This document shows, piece by piece, positions 12,901 to 23,674 of a DNA stretch of 64,000 nucleotides; positions within the stretch are counted from its first letter, which is position 1; every line of letters begins with the position of its first letter. The notes under the pieces are model-generated. The model did no database searches. It was given only the letters and a program-made list of their open reading frames with translations, and was not told where the DNA came from. The position numbers were made by a program, and so were the translations under genes. The DNA comes from Botryllus schlosseri (lineage: Eukaryota): contig CM119372.1 in assembly GCA_051294905.1 (NCBI GenBank), positions 35,094,001-35,158,000 of the forward strand, read 5' to 3'.

Positions 12901-15900
12901 AAGAGTAATCGTGACAAGATTATTTCCAGCTATCATTTCTACCTGGATTTGGGCTGGGGTGTGGAACACTGTGTTGGTGATCAGCGACGGATACGGCCCC
13001 GATAGATTGTATTCGTATTGCGGCATCGTATGGAATTCACCTGACAAATATTTCGTTCAATACTGCCTCTACTTGACCTGCTGCTTTGCAGCGCCGTTAA
13101 CTGTGTTGGTCTTCTGCTACAGTGCGATCCTACTACATGTTCGAAACGTAAGTTATATTTAGCAGATTTTATGCTTTTAGTCTCCATGTATGACTGTACA
13201 GAAATAATGATGTTCATGATCCGCTGCCTCACACGTGGAAGAAAACGGATAGAACTCTTTATCAAAACGAATATATATTATCTCCAAAAAAGCTGAGGAA
13301 TGAGTTTGTTTTTGGCATTTGATATTTGAAATTAGGAGGTACAATCGACGCACCGCGTTGCTCCTTTTCTTTGTGTTATCAATTAAAGCATACCCGTTGA
13401 ACCCATTCGTGAGGTAATTCTTCTGATTTGAGAATCCTGATGGTGACGGCATATCCTGAACTCTAAATAGCAACATCTGAATCAACTGCATTTCATTTAG
13501 AAAATTTGAATTGGATTAATAGCGGTTATCTTCTAGCATCTCGACTGTTGTGATTCAGTTTTTTTAGACGAATTTGCTGCTATTCAGTTTCAAACAATAG
13601 TGAAAGCAGTTACATGCGTTGATATTCATATTTTACCTTCGCGCGGGTCATGTTGCAGTGTCGTAGCCCAGACATTGAGACTTTCATTCCATTCATTTAA
13701 TATTTTCAGCAGGCGAAGAGACCTTCCGACTCGGAAACACCGTCAGCACTGTTACGGACGATGAAATCAGTTTTTGCGATCATGCTGGCATTTGTTATTT
13801 GCTGGTTTCCGTATGCTGTCATCGCGATATTAAAGATAATGACACGACGCGACAATGTGCGACTCATTGGTTACTTCTGACAAATAGCATACAAATAAAA
13901 ATCGAAATATTTAGAATTCATACCCGGACATGTTCGCTTTTCTGGCGGCCAAAACCTCGTACCTTTCATGCCCGATGATCTACGTCATGCAGAATCGCAA
14001 TGTAAGTCTGGCACCATTACACTAGCAACTTTGAGACGAACCCCGATTGCTACGGATTGGAATGAGGAGTTTATATACGTCGTGTAGCCAACGTATCCAA
14101 TTTATTTATTAGTTTATGTTCGTATGTAATCCGTCACTAAACAAAATATTTGAAATAAAATTTCAATAATAGACTACCTAAAGCGGTAATGGTTAAAATC
14201 GTTGTTTTGCGCCGTGGTTCTCAACTTGTTTCACTTCGCGGACCGTAAAAATTTCAAAAAATATCCAGCGGACAGTAGGACCATCAAAATTTGAAATGAA
14301 CACAAAATTTCAAGTATTAAACCGTTTTTTTGCTAGTATGGTACTAGAGAGTGACGTTTTAAGAGTTTTGTTCGTAATTAAATATGTTCACGATGGTATA
14401 AAAGTGATTTTACGGTAGTTAGTCTGCTAAGTCGAAGTAAAATTTATTGGCCAAGATAAACATGCTAGCGCCGAGAGTAAATAATAGTCTTTCGCGCCGA
14501 ATGCCGAAGGCACTGGGCCATCTCGGATAATATTCTTTTCTTCAATAATATCTATGAAAGAAGCGTTTCGGAGTCAGACCAAGCATCTTGTCGTGCTACC
14601 TTGCTCATTTTCCACTACAACATCACGTACTGTGAATCCAATACGCGTCAAGAATACACATTACAACAGTGACACGGGTTCATCCACAAAATGAATGTAT
14701 CGGAAACGAACGATCGAAGATCGTGCAAACTGCGTGGTTAAGCGAGTCAGCTCGTACTTGTCGCTGGCATGTAGTTAGCGATTTAAACTTCAAATTAAAT
14801 CCAGCGGGCAAATATTTTTGTAGGCGTGCAAACTGAGAAGATAAATTAGGTTTGCGGGCCGGGCAAAAAAAGGTTCAATCTATATTCCGCGGCGTACTCT
14901 ATTCTAAATATTGAAAAAAACAGTGAATTGCATTGTTAACACAATCTGCTAGCAAAGTGGATGTGGTAGATTTGGGATATGAGAAAGTCGGGGTTAAATA
15001 ACAAAATATTGTACTGATTCATTCAGTGACAATATTCTAAACAATGCGAAACACGAAGCAATCCTAACTCACTTAAATCATTTTTACCCATACCCATTTT
15101 TCTATGGTGGCGTCAATATTTATTTGGGATATCACGAAGCTGGTCTTGGTCTCAAGCTGTGTGTAGCGTGGCATTTAGCTTCGTTGTTTTGAGAGTTTCG
15201 CTGGTAAATGACCTGAACTCCACGCTCTCTTGGCCTCGGTCAGCCGACGGGTGTTAGTATTTCACTGCGTTTTCTCATATTGCCCATTCAAAATATATCT
15301 CCAAACATGGCGAACCGCTCACCACAAAGAAAATGTCGTGTTTCCCTCTCACACAAGTGAAAAAATATTTAGTGCTCGCAATTTTTAAATCTCTGCCTCG
15401 AGCCTCTTATTTTTTACCATGGCTGTTCGTCGTATTTGGGTGACCGGTGCTCACGGCCACTGATAGACTTGTTTGACGCATTATGGATTGCAAACGCATG
15501 ACATGACAATTTAAATCACAGATCGGGTAATTCGCAAAGTAACATTGGCAACATACCATTTTAAACTATCTGGAAACAGTTACTTTTAAGTTTAATTGTT
15601 ACGGTACACTTTGCTATATTTACAGTATTTTGAATCCAGATTATGCGACCTATGCGTAGCCTGTGTACTCAATGAAAAATTCGTTGAGCACCGTTTTTCA
15701 GACAACCTAACAATGCCATGGGGTAGCCAGTAATTTTTTTTCCAAATTATAATTTTATTTGTTAAATAAATCCAAAACTCTTTCTCTTATAGCAATGCCA
15801 CTATCCGTTGGAATCGCACTAAAATTGTAGTACAGCGTTTTTTTGTAACCTAACAATTTTACGAAGTAGCCTAGCCAGTACAATTTGAGAAACAAAAATC

Positions 15901-16627
15901 ATTTTGGAACACCCCTAGTGTACACAGATGAAGAAAAAGGCCTAAAAGTAAACGAATTCTGGTTCAGTTTATGCAGTCTTTGGCTTTATTTCACACTTAG
16001 GATACAAAAGTTGGTTTTCTGTTCAAAGTTCCAGGTAAATGTTCATGGAAAAGTCAGAGTCGAGTAGCATGCTGCATTTTGCTCGCTTGTCGCACTTTGC
16101 CAAGGTTTGGGTTAAATCGAACATGATTTGCAGGCCTAATGTTACCACGCGAAGTTTCGAATATCTTTAAATTTGATCTTTTATTTCACCAATTGACAAG
16201 CCTTCAACATTTTGCATCTTGAAATAAAAATATAAAATTCTAAAATACCTGACGGACCGGCACCGGTCCGCCGTCCTCCGGCGGTTGAAAACCACAGGTT
16301 TCTAGTACTTGAGTCGAGGTAAAAGTAATGTTGTCAATTTTGAGTTATTCACGAGTAAAAATGGATATTCATGAGCCATGCCAAATTCCGAACGAAAAGT
16401 ATTCGATGAAATGGGGCCTAAGGGGGGAAATAGTGGACGTTTACCACAGAAAGTGCTTGGGATTAAACCCGATGATAAAATTATCGTACACAATCCTAAG
16501 TATTCTCACTTCCTTTCAGATGAGGAAAGAAGTACTGGCAGTATTAAACCGATTCACAGTTTGCTTCAGACCAAAGCAGGACAAGAAGGCCGAAGCTATT
16601 ACGGTCATGGAAAACACCGCCATTTGA
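6788..16627 (+). CDS. Opsin (class A GPCR, ciliary-opsin-type gene structure, divergent), 7 coding exons, 331 aa: join(6788..6952,7718..7886,9834..9935,12930..13147,13710..13856,13915..14001,16520..16627)
   Basis: All six introns are GT-AG and phase-compatible (0,1,1,0,0,0); the joined CDS is 996 nt with no internal stop. Seven hydrophobic segments, TM1 GIVLNG, TM2 NLCIANL, C110/C187 pair (TCQIF; YSYCGIVW), TM6 CWFPY, and TM7 AAKTS with Lys at the rhodopsin-296 position. Confidence 0.9.
7718..7886 (+). CDS. Opsin exon 2 (TM2, start of TM3)
   Basis: ttttcag acceptor; PTSRNKKPMTLLIINLCIANLLSAMV...TCQIFVLIQGVLG; gtaagt donor. Confidence 0.9.
8542..8663 (+). mobile_element. Short retroposon-like 3' end with AATAAA + (CT)n tail; second copy at 19806-20567 is split by a MITE
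   Basis: acggtct-atcgatcattcctatctaatacc...gcatattttctgtaccaccatcactgccg...gatgaaaataa-gac(tc)n is present at both loci. Confidence 0.75.
9834..9935 (+). CDS. Opsin exon 3 (end of TM3, ICL2)
   Basis: ttccag acceptor; GTCLFSMVALSVAHYIIICRNMQIEFSQMSAFA; gtatgc donor. Confidence 0.88.
10308..10510 (-). mobile_element. tRNA-derived SINE (Pol III A/B-box head plus body)
   Basis: Minus strand reads TAGCGCAGTGG (A box) ... GGTTCGAGTCC (B box). Related heads at ~53945-54022 (-) and ~43120-43190 (+). The body motif (ggccgtgctacaagt-ggca; cctggtgtaaatgac) recurs at ~709-800, ~25700-25790, ~43920-44010 and ~49300-49345. Confidence 0.7.
10748..11982. mobile_element. Nested hAT-type MITE (CAGGGGTC...GACCCCTG)
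   Basis: TIRs caggggtcaccaac / gttggcgacccctg; 8-bp TSD atctacca/gtctacca. Confidence 0.8.
11039..11615. mobile_element. Third-level nested hAT-type MITE (CAGTGG...CCACTG) with internal rearrangement
   Basis: Ends cagtggtcctaaaact / agtttgagagccactg; TSD gcttaggg/gcttcgag (6/8). Confidence 0.6.
12930..13147 (+). CDS. Opsin exon 4 (TM4, ECL2, TM5)
   Basis: tttccag acceptor; IISTWIWAGVW...GYGPDRLYSYCGIVW...CFAAPLTVLVFCYSAILLHVRN; gtaagt donor. Confidence 0.9.
13710..13856 (+). CDS. Opsin exon 5 (ICL3, TM6)
   Basis: ttttcag(cag) NAGNAG acceptor; QAKRPS...AIMLAFVICWFPYAVIAILKIMTRRDN; gtgcga donor, followed by a 58-bp intron. Confidence 0.85.
13915..14001 (+). CDS. Opsin exon 6 (TM7 with retinal-binding Lys)
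   Basis: atttag acceptor; NSYPDMFAFLAAKTSYLSCPMIYVMQNRN; gtaagt donor. Confidence 0.9.
14212..16297. mobile_element. Old non-autonomous hAT-like element in last opsin intron
   Basis: Ends ccgtggttctcaac / gttgaaaaccacag with ggaccg subterminal motifs at both ends; TSD poorly conserved. Confidence 0.5.
16520..16627 (+). CDS. Opsin exon 7 (helix 8, C-terminal tail, stop)
   Basis: tcctttcag acceptor; MRKEVLAVLNRFTVCFRPKQDKKAEAITVMENTAI*. Confidence 0.8.
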   Translation: MRKEVLAVLNRFTVCFRPKQDKKAEAITVMENTAI

Positions 16628-18055
16628 CATAGCTACTGAGTTGACCTCCACATTTCATCACATTTGACAATGGCTTGATTAGTTCCTGTGGGATGTAAGC
16701 CTACTGTTATTGATGTGGAAACTCTTGTAATATATTTCATGATTATCTTATATTGTTGAATACTAGTAACACTATGATGTTGATCATTATCAATCTATTT
16801 TTTGAATCCTTTCTCACACATTGCTTCTGGTATCAAAAACCGGTCGACAGCTTGAAACGTAGATATATTGTGTATGGTATTGAATTTTTCACCACTCATA
16901 GTACTGCATGTACCTGATCTAAATTTATATAACCCCAATGAAAAATATTTGCCGTCTTACTGTGTTGGCAATTTTTGTGCCTACTCCGTATCCACCGATT
17001 GCTTTCTACAAAATAAGCGTCGGAGACCAGAGGTGTCCTAATTACGGATTACAACAATCACTACCGTTTTTATTTGCTCCCAGCAAATTATGTTTAATGC
17101 ATTTTAGCAACGGATGTGGGTAAGGGGACTCGAGGATGGTCTGCGTCCTAAGCGCGGTCAATTTCACCATAGATAATTGTGTTTTTATTCATTTATCTTT
17201 CTTTGAGCAACCGTATGGACTTACAGCTGTTGTGTGTTTATGCACCATGAAATCCGTCCGGACTAGAGCGAACCTGATGACTATCCGCTTTGATGTTGTC
17301 CCATTGACAGAGTTATTATTTTTGATTTTAATTCATATTTATGTCCAATAAATAAATGCACATGTCTGTATGAAATGAAATTAATCAATTGGCCTTGAGT
17401 CACAACAAATACCAAATTATATGACATCTTGCCGAAACGAAGAAAGTTTTTCTCTGTTTTATGACAGGACATTAAAGTGCAAATACATTGGTGGTTGCCA
17501 AGCGTTTTATGGATGCGGCCCAATTTCCAATTTGGAAATGTGGCGAAAAACCACTTCCTTAATTTGTTTGATTGGCTACTAAAAATGTCAGCACCGTCGC
17601 CCAAATCTACTTCGATATTTGTAAGGCTGAATACTAAAAACATCAAAGTTCGGGACCTCCGCTATCCGGGGGTTGAAAATATCTTCCGTATACCAGATAA
17701 GCTTTTGCGCGCTGAAAACAACGTCATGGATCCGTATGGTGTGTCGTTGCATATATATTGAGAACCTTTACGGCAATTGAACGAATTATATTTGATAACA
17801 TTACCAACATTGGCATAGCAGAGAAGGGCTGATCTACACAATTTTCCTTCATTGTGGAATTGTGAAAAGGTTATTTACCGCAAACTCATACCCGATTTGT
17901 GACGTCCAGTAATTGTCTACTTTTTCACCAACCCTAAACTGCGACTTCTCATTCGACATCTCCATCTGAACATGTTTTTGCAATGGGAACCATGTGACAT
18001 CAGTAAGCCGACAGTGCATGACACCAAAAGTACATGCCAAGCATACTAATTGATT

Positions 18056-19345
18056 TTGTTGTTGTTGTTTATTAAAAGCAAAATTTGACGCTTATCACCT
18101 GTTGGTCTTTTGCACCACGGTCGATAATGGCGTAGGAAATATAAACAGCCAATGATGGCGTACGTATTGGATAGACATAATATTTAAAATATAGCATTTC
18201 AGTGAAACCACAGAATATCAAGGCCAGAAAAATGGAAATTTCAGAGCAGTGGAAATGAAACATTCACGGCCATTCACAAATTACGGTTGCAGGATAACAC
18301 AAATTCAATTGTGAAAGGGATGATTTGATCTTCGGTGAGGAGAATTGCATGGCGGAAATAAACAATAAATTCAGCACATTTAGCAATGGGGAAAGTACGC
18401 TGTAAAGAGAGGTCAACGTGTGACTGGGGCAGAAACCAAGGTGGAATAGATGGAAGTGGTCCAATATCATGCCGTCAAACAACGACGAGTTTGTGAGCGT
18501 ATTAAACGTTCGAATGTTAGGTCTCGTTAGACTGTAGATCTCATGCCAGCTGCCTTGAATGATATGTTGGAATAATCCATTTCCAGGCTCTTGATTCAAA
18601 ATATGACATCGACATTTCATCGAGATAGAAGGTGTTGGAGATGAAAAGGCATCTCGTGACGACATTCGGCCTGGAGCACGCATATCAAGGTACTGGTCAT
18701 TGCATTGGTACAGATCCGAAGGGCTTTATTCTCGATGGATTTGAGCTTCTTGAGATGCGTGACAGGCACAAAGAAGTATGCAGGCAAACCATGGGCCATA
18801 TGCAAAGTGAACGGTAAACGCGCAAAAGGGTTCCCTTGTTGGCTCACCAACTCGTGCAACTCAATACTCGCAGTACTTTTAGCCTCTTACGACACTTGGA
18901 CGAGATATATTCAATGTCAGGTTTGTATGAGAGTCTTCTGTCACAAACAACGCCAAGGTACTTGAATGTTTCCACCAACGGGATTCCCGAACCGTCAGGA
19001 TGCTGTGAGATAGGGGGAATTTTGTGCTCACGGGTAAAGTACCTTGCTACATTTTTTTCCGTGGATAATATCAGGCCCCACTGATTACACCAATGCTGTA
19101 AGTAAGACGTAAAACTTTGTACCGTGTGGACACGATTGGATGTGGACAAATCGCTGTCCAAGATCAGAAGATCATCAGCGAATAGTGCGTGGGAGCAATC
19201 GGCCATTGGTGGAAGTTCAGACATGATTACCGCATGGAGAAGCGGACTTATGACACTGTCTTGGGGGAGACCATTTTCCAGATAGTGTGTGTTAGAAAGG
19301 ATATTCCCGTCCTGGAAAGAACGCGTTGACTAAAAGTTGTTGATC
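18056..19345 (-). mobile_element. 5'-truncated, decayed LINE fragment (RT C-terminal part), related to the 21713-40767 LINE
   Basis: Minus-strand ENGLPQDSVISPLL, LFADD, FKYLGV-CDRRL, ALRICTNAM-ST, WHEIYSLT (shared with the large LINE); ends in AATAAA+(CAA)n at 18056-18073; frameshifted. Confidence 0.85.
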
Positions 19346-19434
19346 CAAACTAGCATTTGACCTTTGACCCCAAAGCATACTAATTAACAATAAACCTATC
19401 CCCTGGATTATTGGAGTCGATTTCGCGTCACTAG

Positions 19435-19684
19435 ATAATAGTAGACTCCAACACTTTGAAATGAAACAAAGATCTGCCACGCGCAATGACAGTGAACATA
19501 AGGTCATTATAGTGCTGTGCACAGACTGTTATGACGATTCCCCAGCATATGCTTCATCAATTGGTCAGCATTTCAGCGAAAACCTCGCCCGTGCACAACA
19601 CTATAAAGACAATATAATATGTTTATTGTCATTGCGCGTGGCAGATCTTTGTTTCATTTAAAAGTGTTGGAGTCTACTATTATT
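19435..19684. mobile_element. Small MITE with ~65-bp TIRs
   Basis: ataatagtagactccaacactttgaaatgaaacaaagatctgccacgcgcaatgaca... and its reverse complement ending ...ggagtctactattatt. Confidence 0.8.
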
Positions 19685-19849
19685 CAGTTGAACAAACTAA
19701 TTTTATATAGACATAAAGATTTCCTATATAACCTACAAATTTCTCATTAGTTCGTGTTGTTTTGTGAGTGTAACTGTTTATTTACAAATTGCGCTGCTAC
19801 TATAGACGGTCTTATCGATCATTCCTATCTAATACCGAATACTGTGCAA

Positions 19850-20468
19850 TAGGGCTGTTCAAAAATAACCTTTTTTCCTTAATCTTGCGGCTTACATGAT
19901 TAAATCGTTAGGTTGCCTTAAAAAATGACGCACACCAAATTTGAATTCATTCCAGCCAATATTCGCGGATTTCGTAGAGTTTGAAAATTTTGAATTTGCC
20001 TAAAAATGCAAAAAAACATTTTTTTTACAATTTTTCTTCCAACCTTATGAAATTGTTGCACTGTCTTCAAAAACGATGCGAAACAAATTTGACTCAATTC
20101 CAAGCTGCAGAAGCCGACTTATTCAAGTTTTTTGATGATAATTCTCGGATGATCCACCAATCAAGGATAATTCCAGAATTATCAAAGAAAAACTGAAACA
20201 ACTCCCCTTCTACGACTTCGAATTGAGTCAAATTTGTTTTGCATCGTTTTTGAAGACAGCGCAACAATTTCATGGGGTTAGCAGAAAAATTTGAAAAAAA
20301 TATTTTTTTGCATTTTTAGGCAAATTCAAAATTTTCAAACTCTACGAAACCCGCGAATATGGGTTGGAATGAATTCAAATTTGGTGTGCGTCATTTTTTA
20401 AGGCAACCTAACGGTTTAATCAAGTAACCCGCAAGATTCAGGGAAAAGGTTATTTTTGAACAGCCCTA
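19850..20468. mobile_element. Foldback hAT-type MITE (TAGGGCTGTTCAAAAA family), 619 bp
   Basis: Almost wholly self-complementary; perfect 8-bp TSD ctgtgcaa (19842-19849 / 20469-20476); empty-site homolog at 8542-8663. Confidence 0.93.
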
Positions 20469-20882
20469 CTGTGCAAGCATATTTTCTGTACCACCATCAC
20501 TGCCGTGTGTTATGTATTTTGTTTAGATGAAAATAAGGACTCTCTCTCTCTCTCTCTCTCTCTCTCTAGTACCCTTTGTCCGTATAATTCATAGTTTGTT
20601 TTTGTTGCCATTGTTACAATATATATTTCATGGTCTGTGATTTTGCTTGTTTCGTAATACTTTGCTTTTTTAGTTTTGCTTTTAAATCTGTTTAAATCCC
20701 TTCAGTCGAGAGATTCCCAAGCGCGGCCCCCAGATAGCCTTCTTGCGGCCCCCAAAGTATATTACGAAATCGATTTATGACAAAAAAATAAAATTTATAT
20801 TGATAAAATACTCTTGCTTGGCTTGGCCTCTGTAGATTTTCATTATAGAATTGCAGGAAAGTTGTGAGTATAGGCTGCTCAT

Positions 20883-21488
20883 TAGGGTTGTTCAAAAAAA
20901 CTTTTTTTTCCAAATCTCACTCGCCTAGTGACTAAATCGTCAGGTTGTCCAAGAAAACGATGCACACCAAATTTTACTCAATTCCAACCAGTCAAGGCCG
21001 TGCAATCTTGAATTGAAATTTTTAATTTATTAAAAAAAAATTGAAAAAAAAAATTCTCAAATTTTTCTGTCAACCCCATGAAATTGTTAAGCTGTCTTCA
21101 AAGACGATGCAAAACAAATTTGAGTCAATTCCGACTTGCAAAAGCGGAGTTAATCGCGTTTTTCGTTGATAATTGTCGGATTATCCTTGATCCGGGGATT
21201 ATCAATGAAAAACTCAAATAGTTCCGCTTCTACTAGTCGGAATTGACCCAAATTTGTTTTGCATCGTCTTTGAAGACAGCTCAACAATTTCACGGGGTTG
21301 ACAGAAAAATTTGAGAATTTTTTTTTTCAATTTTTTTTAATAAATTAAAAATTTTAATTCAAGATTGCACGGCCTCGACTGGTTGGAATTGAGTAAAATT
21401 TGGTGTGCATCGTTTTCTTGGACAACCTGACGATTTAGTCAGTAGGCGAGTGAGATTTGAAAAAAAAAGTTCTTTTTGAACAACCCTA
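20883..21488. mobile_element. Foldback hAT-type MITE, same family, 606 bp
   Basis: tagggttgttcaaaaa...tttttgaacaacccta, near-perfect ~300-bp arms; TSD ctgctcat/ctgctcac. Partial relatives at ~49572-49720 and 53426-53885. Confidence 0.92.
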
Positions 21489-21835
21489 CTGCTCACGTAA
21501 CGTCACTGCTGTTTCAATCCAATGTGCCCTATCTTTCCAGTTGAACGAGCAGTAGCTATAGATATAAATAGGTATTGATAACTTTCAAAACCGGAGGAAA
21601 ATCCGGAAAAATGGTAAATTTTTCCCACTTCGTGGTCGCTTGACTAAAAAAGAAAAAGATCCTCAACTCCCGGAAAATACAGTTCTTCTTTTACATTAAC
21701 AGGTGGTTGACTTTTTTTTCGCTCAGAGACGTCGTAGCGTGCGGACGCATCGCCGTTTCAGTTCCTTTAAGCTTATCAGATTGGCTAATCAAGACAAGTG
21801 TCCGACTAGCAATTTACGCTTTGGCGTAGCCAGCT

Positions 21836-23077
21836 ATGGATATGGAGACAAGTTCCTCCGCAAAGAGGAAGTCTTCAACCAACTTCAATTCTTCTGAGGA
21901 AGAATGCGGGGATGGGGAGTGGTGCTATGTAAGAGGCAAAATACCTGCCAAGATATTTGCACTGATGGATAATGCAGTTGGGAAGGAACGGGAATCTAAT
22001 AGCCAAAAAGCAACGAGTCAACAACTTGACGTGCTGCTATCGGGGTCTGATGGAACACGCATGGGACACCAACATCCTACAAAGGTATGTGAGGCACTTA
22101 AGATAAACATTGGCAATTTTGAAAAAATACGCAGACTGCCTTCTGGATATCTAGTTGTAACTTGTAAAGCCAAAGAACAGGCTGATAAACTTCTCACCAT
22201 AGATCAAATAGGAAAGGACTACAACCTGATCGAAGTCAAAACCTCATTATTTGGTGTCAAACCTTACGGAGCAAGAGCAGTACTATCCGGTGTTCCGCTG
22301 GATATCACAGAAAAAGAGATCTTGAAAGAGTTCTTTGAAATTGGCGTCAATTTCGTTAAACGGCTAAAGCGCAAAGTAGATGGAAAATATGAGAGCAGCC
22401 TCTCGATTTTGTTATGTTTCACATCTGAGACATTCCCTGACTACGTGCATTTTTCATACCTACGGTTCCGTACCAAACCTTATAACCCGCCACCGGTCAG
22501 GTGTTTTGGATGCAATAGATATGGCCACACAAAAGAGAACTGTCGTGGGAAACAATGCTGTTCAAAATGTGGGGGTCGTGATCACGAGGTTGATAAGTGT
22601 ACCAAAGATTTATGTTGCATTAATTCTAAACAACCGCACAGTGCTGCTTATGGCGGGTGCCCGGTGTACAAAGAACAGGCGAAATTACAAATCATAAAAG
22701 AACGTTCCAAGGTCACTCACTCCGAAGCTAAATCAATACTCAATTCCGAAACATCCAAAACACAAGCTACGCGTCTTTACAGTGAAGCGGCGCAGGATAG
22801 CGCAACGAGTGTCATCAATCAGCAACGATTAACAATCAACAACCCAAGTCATCGAGTCACCATCAGGAAGACTCCGCTACAAACAGCCTATCATCACATA
22901 AACAAACACATTGAAAGCAACGACCCAAACAATCATCCTGATTTGGAACCAAATAATCAATTTTCCTCAGCGTATATTGATCCGATCCATCTTATCGCAC
23001 TACTGGCTGAAATGGTGAAGCTTACATTGGCGGCCTGCAAATCAGACACGGAGTGCGATGTAGCCTACACAATATAG
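21836..23077 (+). CDS. LINE ORF1p, gag-like nucleic-acid-binding protein with CCHC zinc knuckles
   Basis: 413-aa ORF with RCFGCNRYGHTKENC, CSKCGGRDHEVDKC and a degenerate third knuckle CINSKQPH...GGC. The stop probably comes from a 2-bp TA duplication near 23074; without it the frame ends at 23202, overlapping the ORF2 ATG. Confidence 0.9.
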   Translation: MDMETSSSAKRKSSTNFNSSEEECGDGEWCYVRGKIPAKIFALMDNAVGKERESNSQKATSQQLDVLLSGSDGTRMGHQHPTKVCEALKINIGNFEKIRRLPSGYLVVTCKAKEQADKLLTIDQIGKDYNLIEVKTSLFGVKPYGARAVLSGVPLDITEKEILKEFFEIGVNFVKRLKRKVDGKYESSLSILLCFTSETFPDYVHFSYLRFRTKPYNPPPVRCFGCNRYGHTKENCRGKQCCSKCGGRDHEVDKCTKDLCCINSKQPHSAAYGGCPVYKEQAKLQIIKERSKVTHSEAKSILNSETSKTQATRLYSEAAQDSATSVINQQRLTINNPSHRVTIRKTPLQTAYHHINKHIESNDPNNHPDLEPNNQFSSAYIDPIHLIALLAEMVKLTLAACKSDTECDVAYTI

Positions 23078-23194
23078 TATCCAAAGTTTCTTTGAAATAT
23101 CTCGGTCGACAGGCAGATTTTGTCACGATGAGAAACATTTTCGAACCCTTCCATGATATCAATGACACCAATCCGATGACAAATCCCACAAACG

Positions 23195-23674
23195 ATGGAT
23201 AATATAGGACTAAACTTTTTACTGTGGAATTGTAGAGGATTATATAGGAAGCATCACGAACTAAAACACCTTCTCACGACTCTGGAACGGGCTCCAGATG
23301 CGATAATTCTCCAGGAAACACACCTTATCGAAAAATAGGCCTACTCTCCGAAATTTCCAGGATATCACTGTCACAGAAAGGACAAATCCCCTCATTCCGG
23401 TGGATTGGCGATCTTTGTTAAATCTTCACATAACTCCAGCATCGAAGCAGATGCTACAACCGACATCGAAGTACTTTGTGTGAAGCTTCATGGCCTATCA
23501 TTGTACAATGTGTACATCCCACCCGACTGCCGCTTACGCGACAGTGATGCGAGCATTTTCGAGACGTTACCGCCAAAATCCATTGTCTCTGGCGACTTCA
23601 ATGCACATCATTGGTCGTGGAGTTACAAAACGAACCAACGAGGGACTAAACTTTTTAATGTCATCGATCACGCA
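23195..23674 (+). pseudogene. LINE ORF2, 5' part (APE endonuclease)
   Basis: LLWNCRG, LQET, GGLAIFV, NVYIPP, GDFNAHH motifs; in-frame TAG at 23336; broken at ...VIDHA by the palindromic insertion. Confidence 0.92.

Noticed and set aside
12881..12929. Alternative upstream acceptor (ttcacag at 12880) for opsin exon 4
   Set aside because: With the phase-1 upstream intron it gives the wrong frame and a stop; the acceptor at 12929 restores TM4.
19435..19684. AGTAG-containing ends as a mini-Polinton
   Set aside because: No 6-bp TSD, and the inverted symmetry continues outward into ataat/attat; kept as an unclassified MITE.
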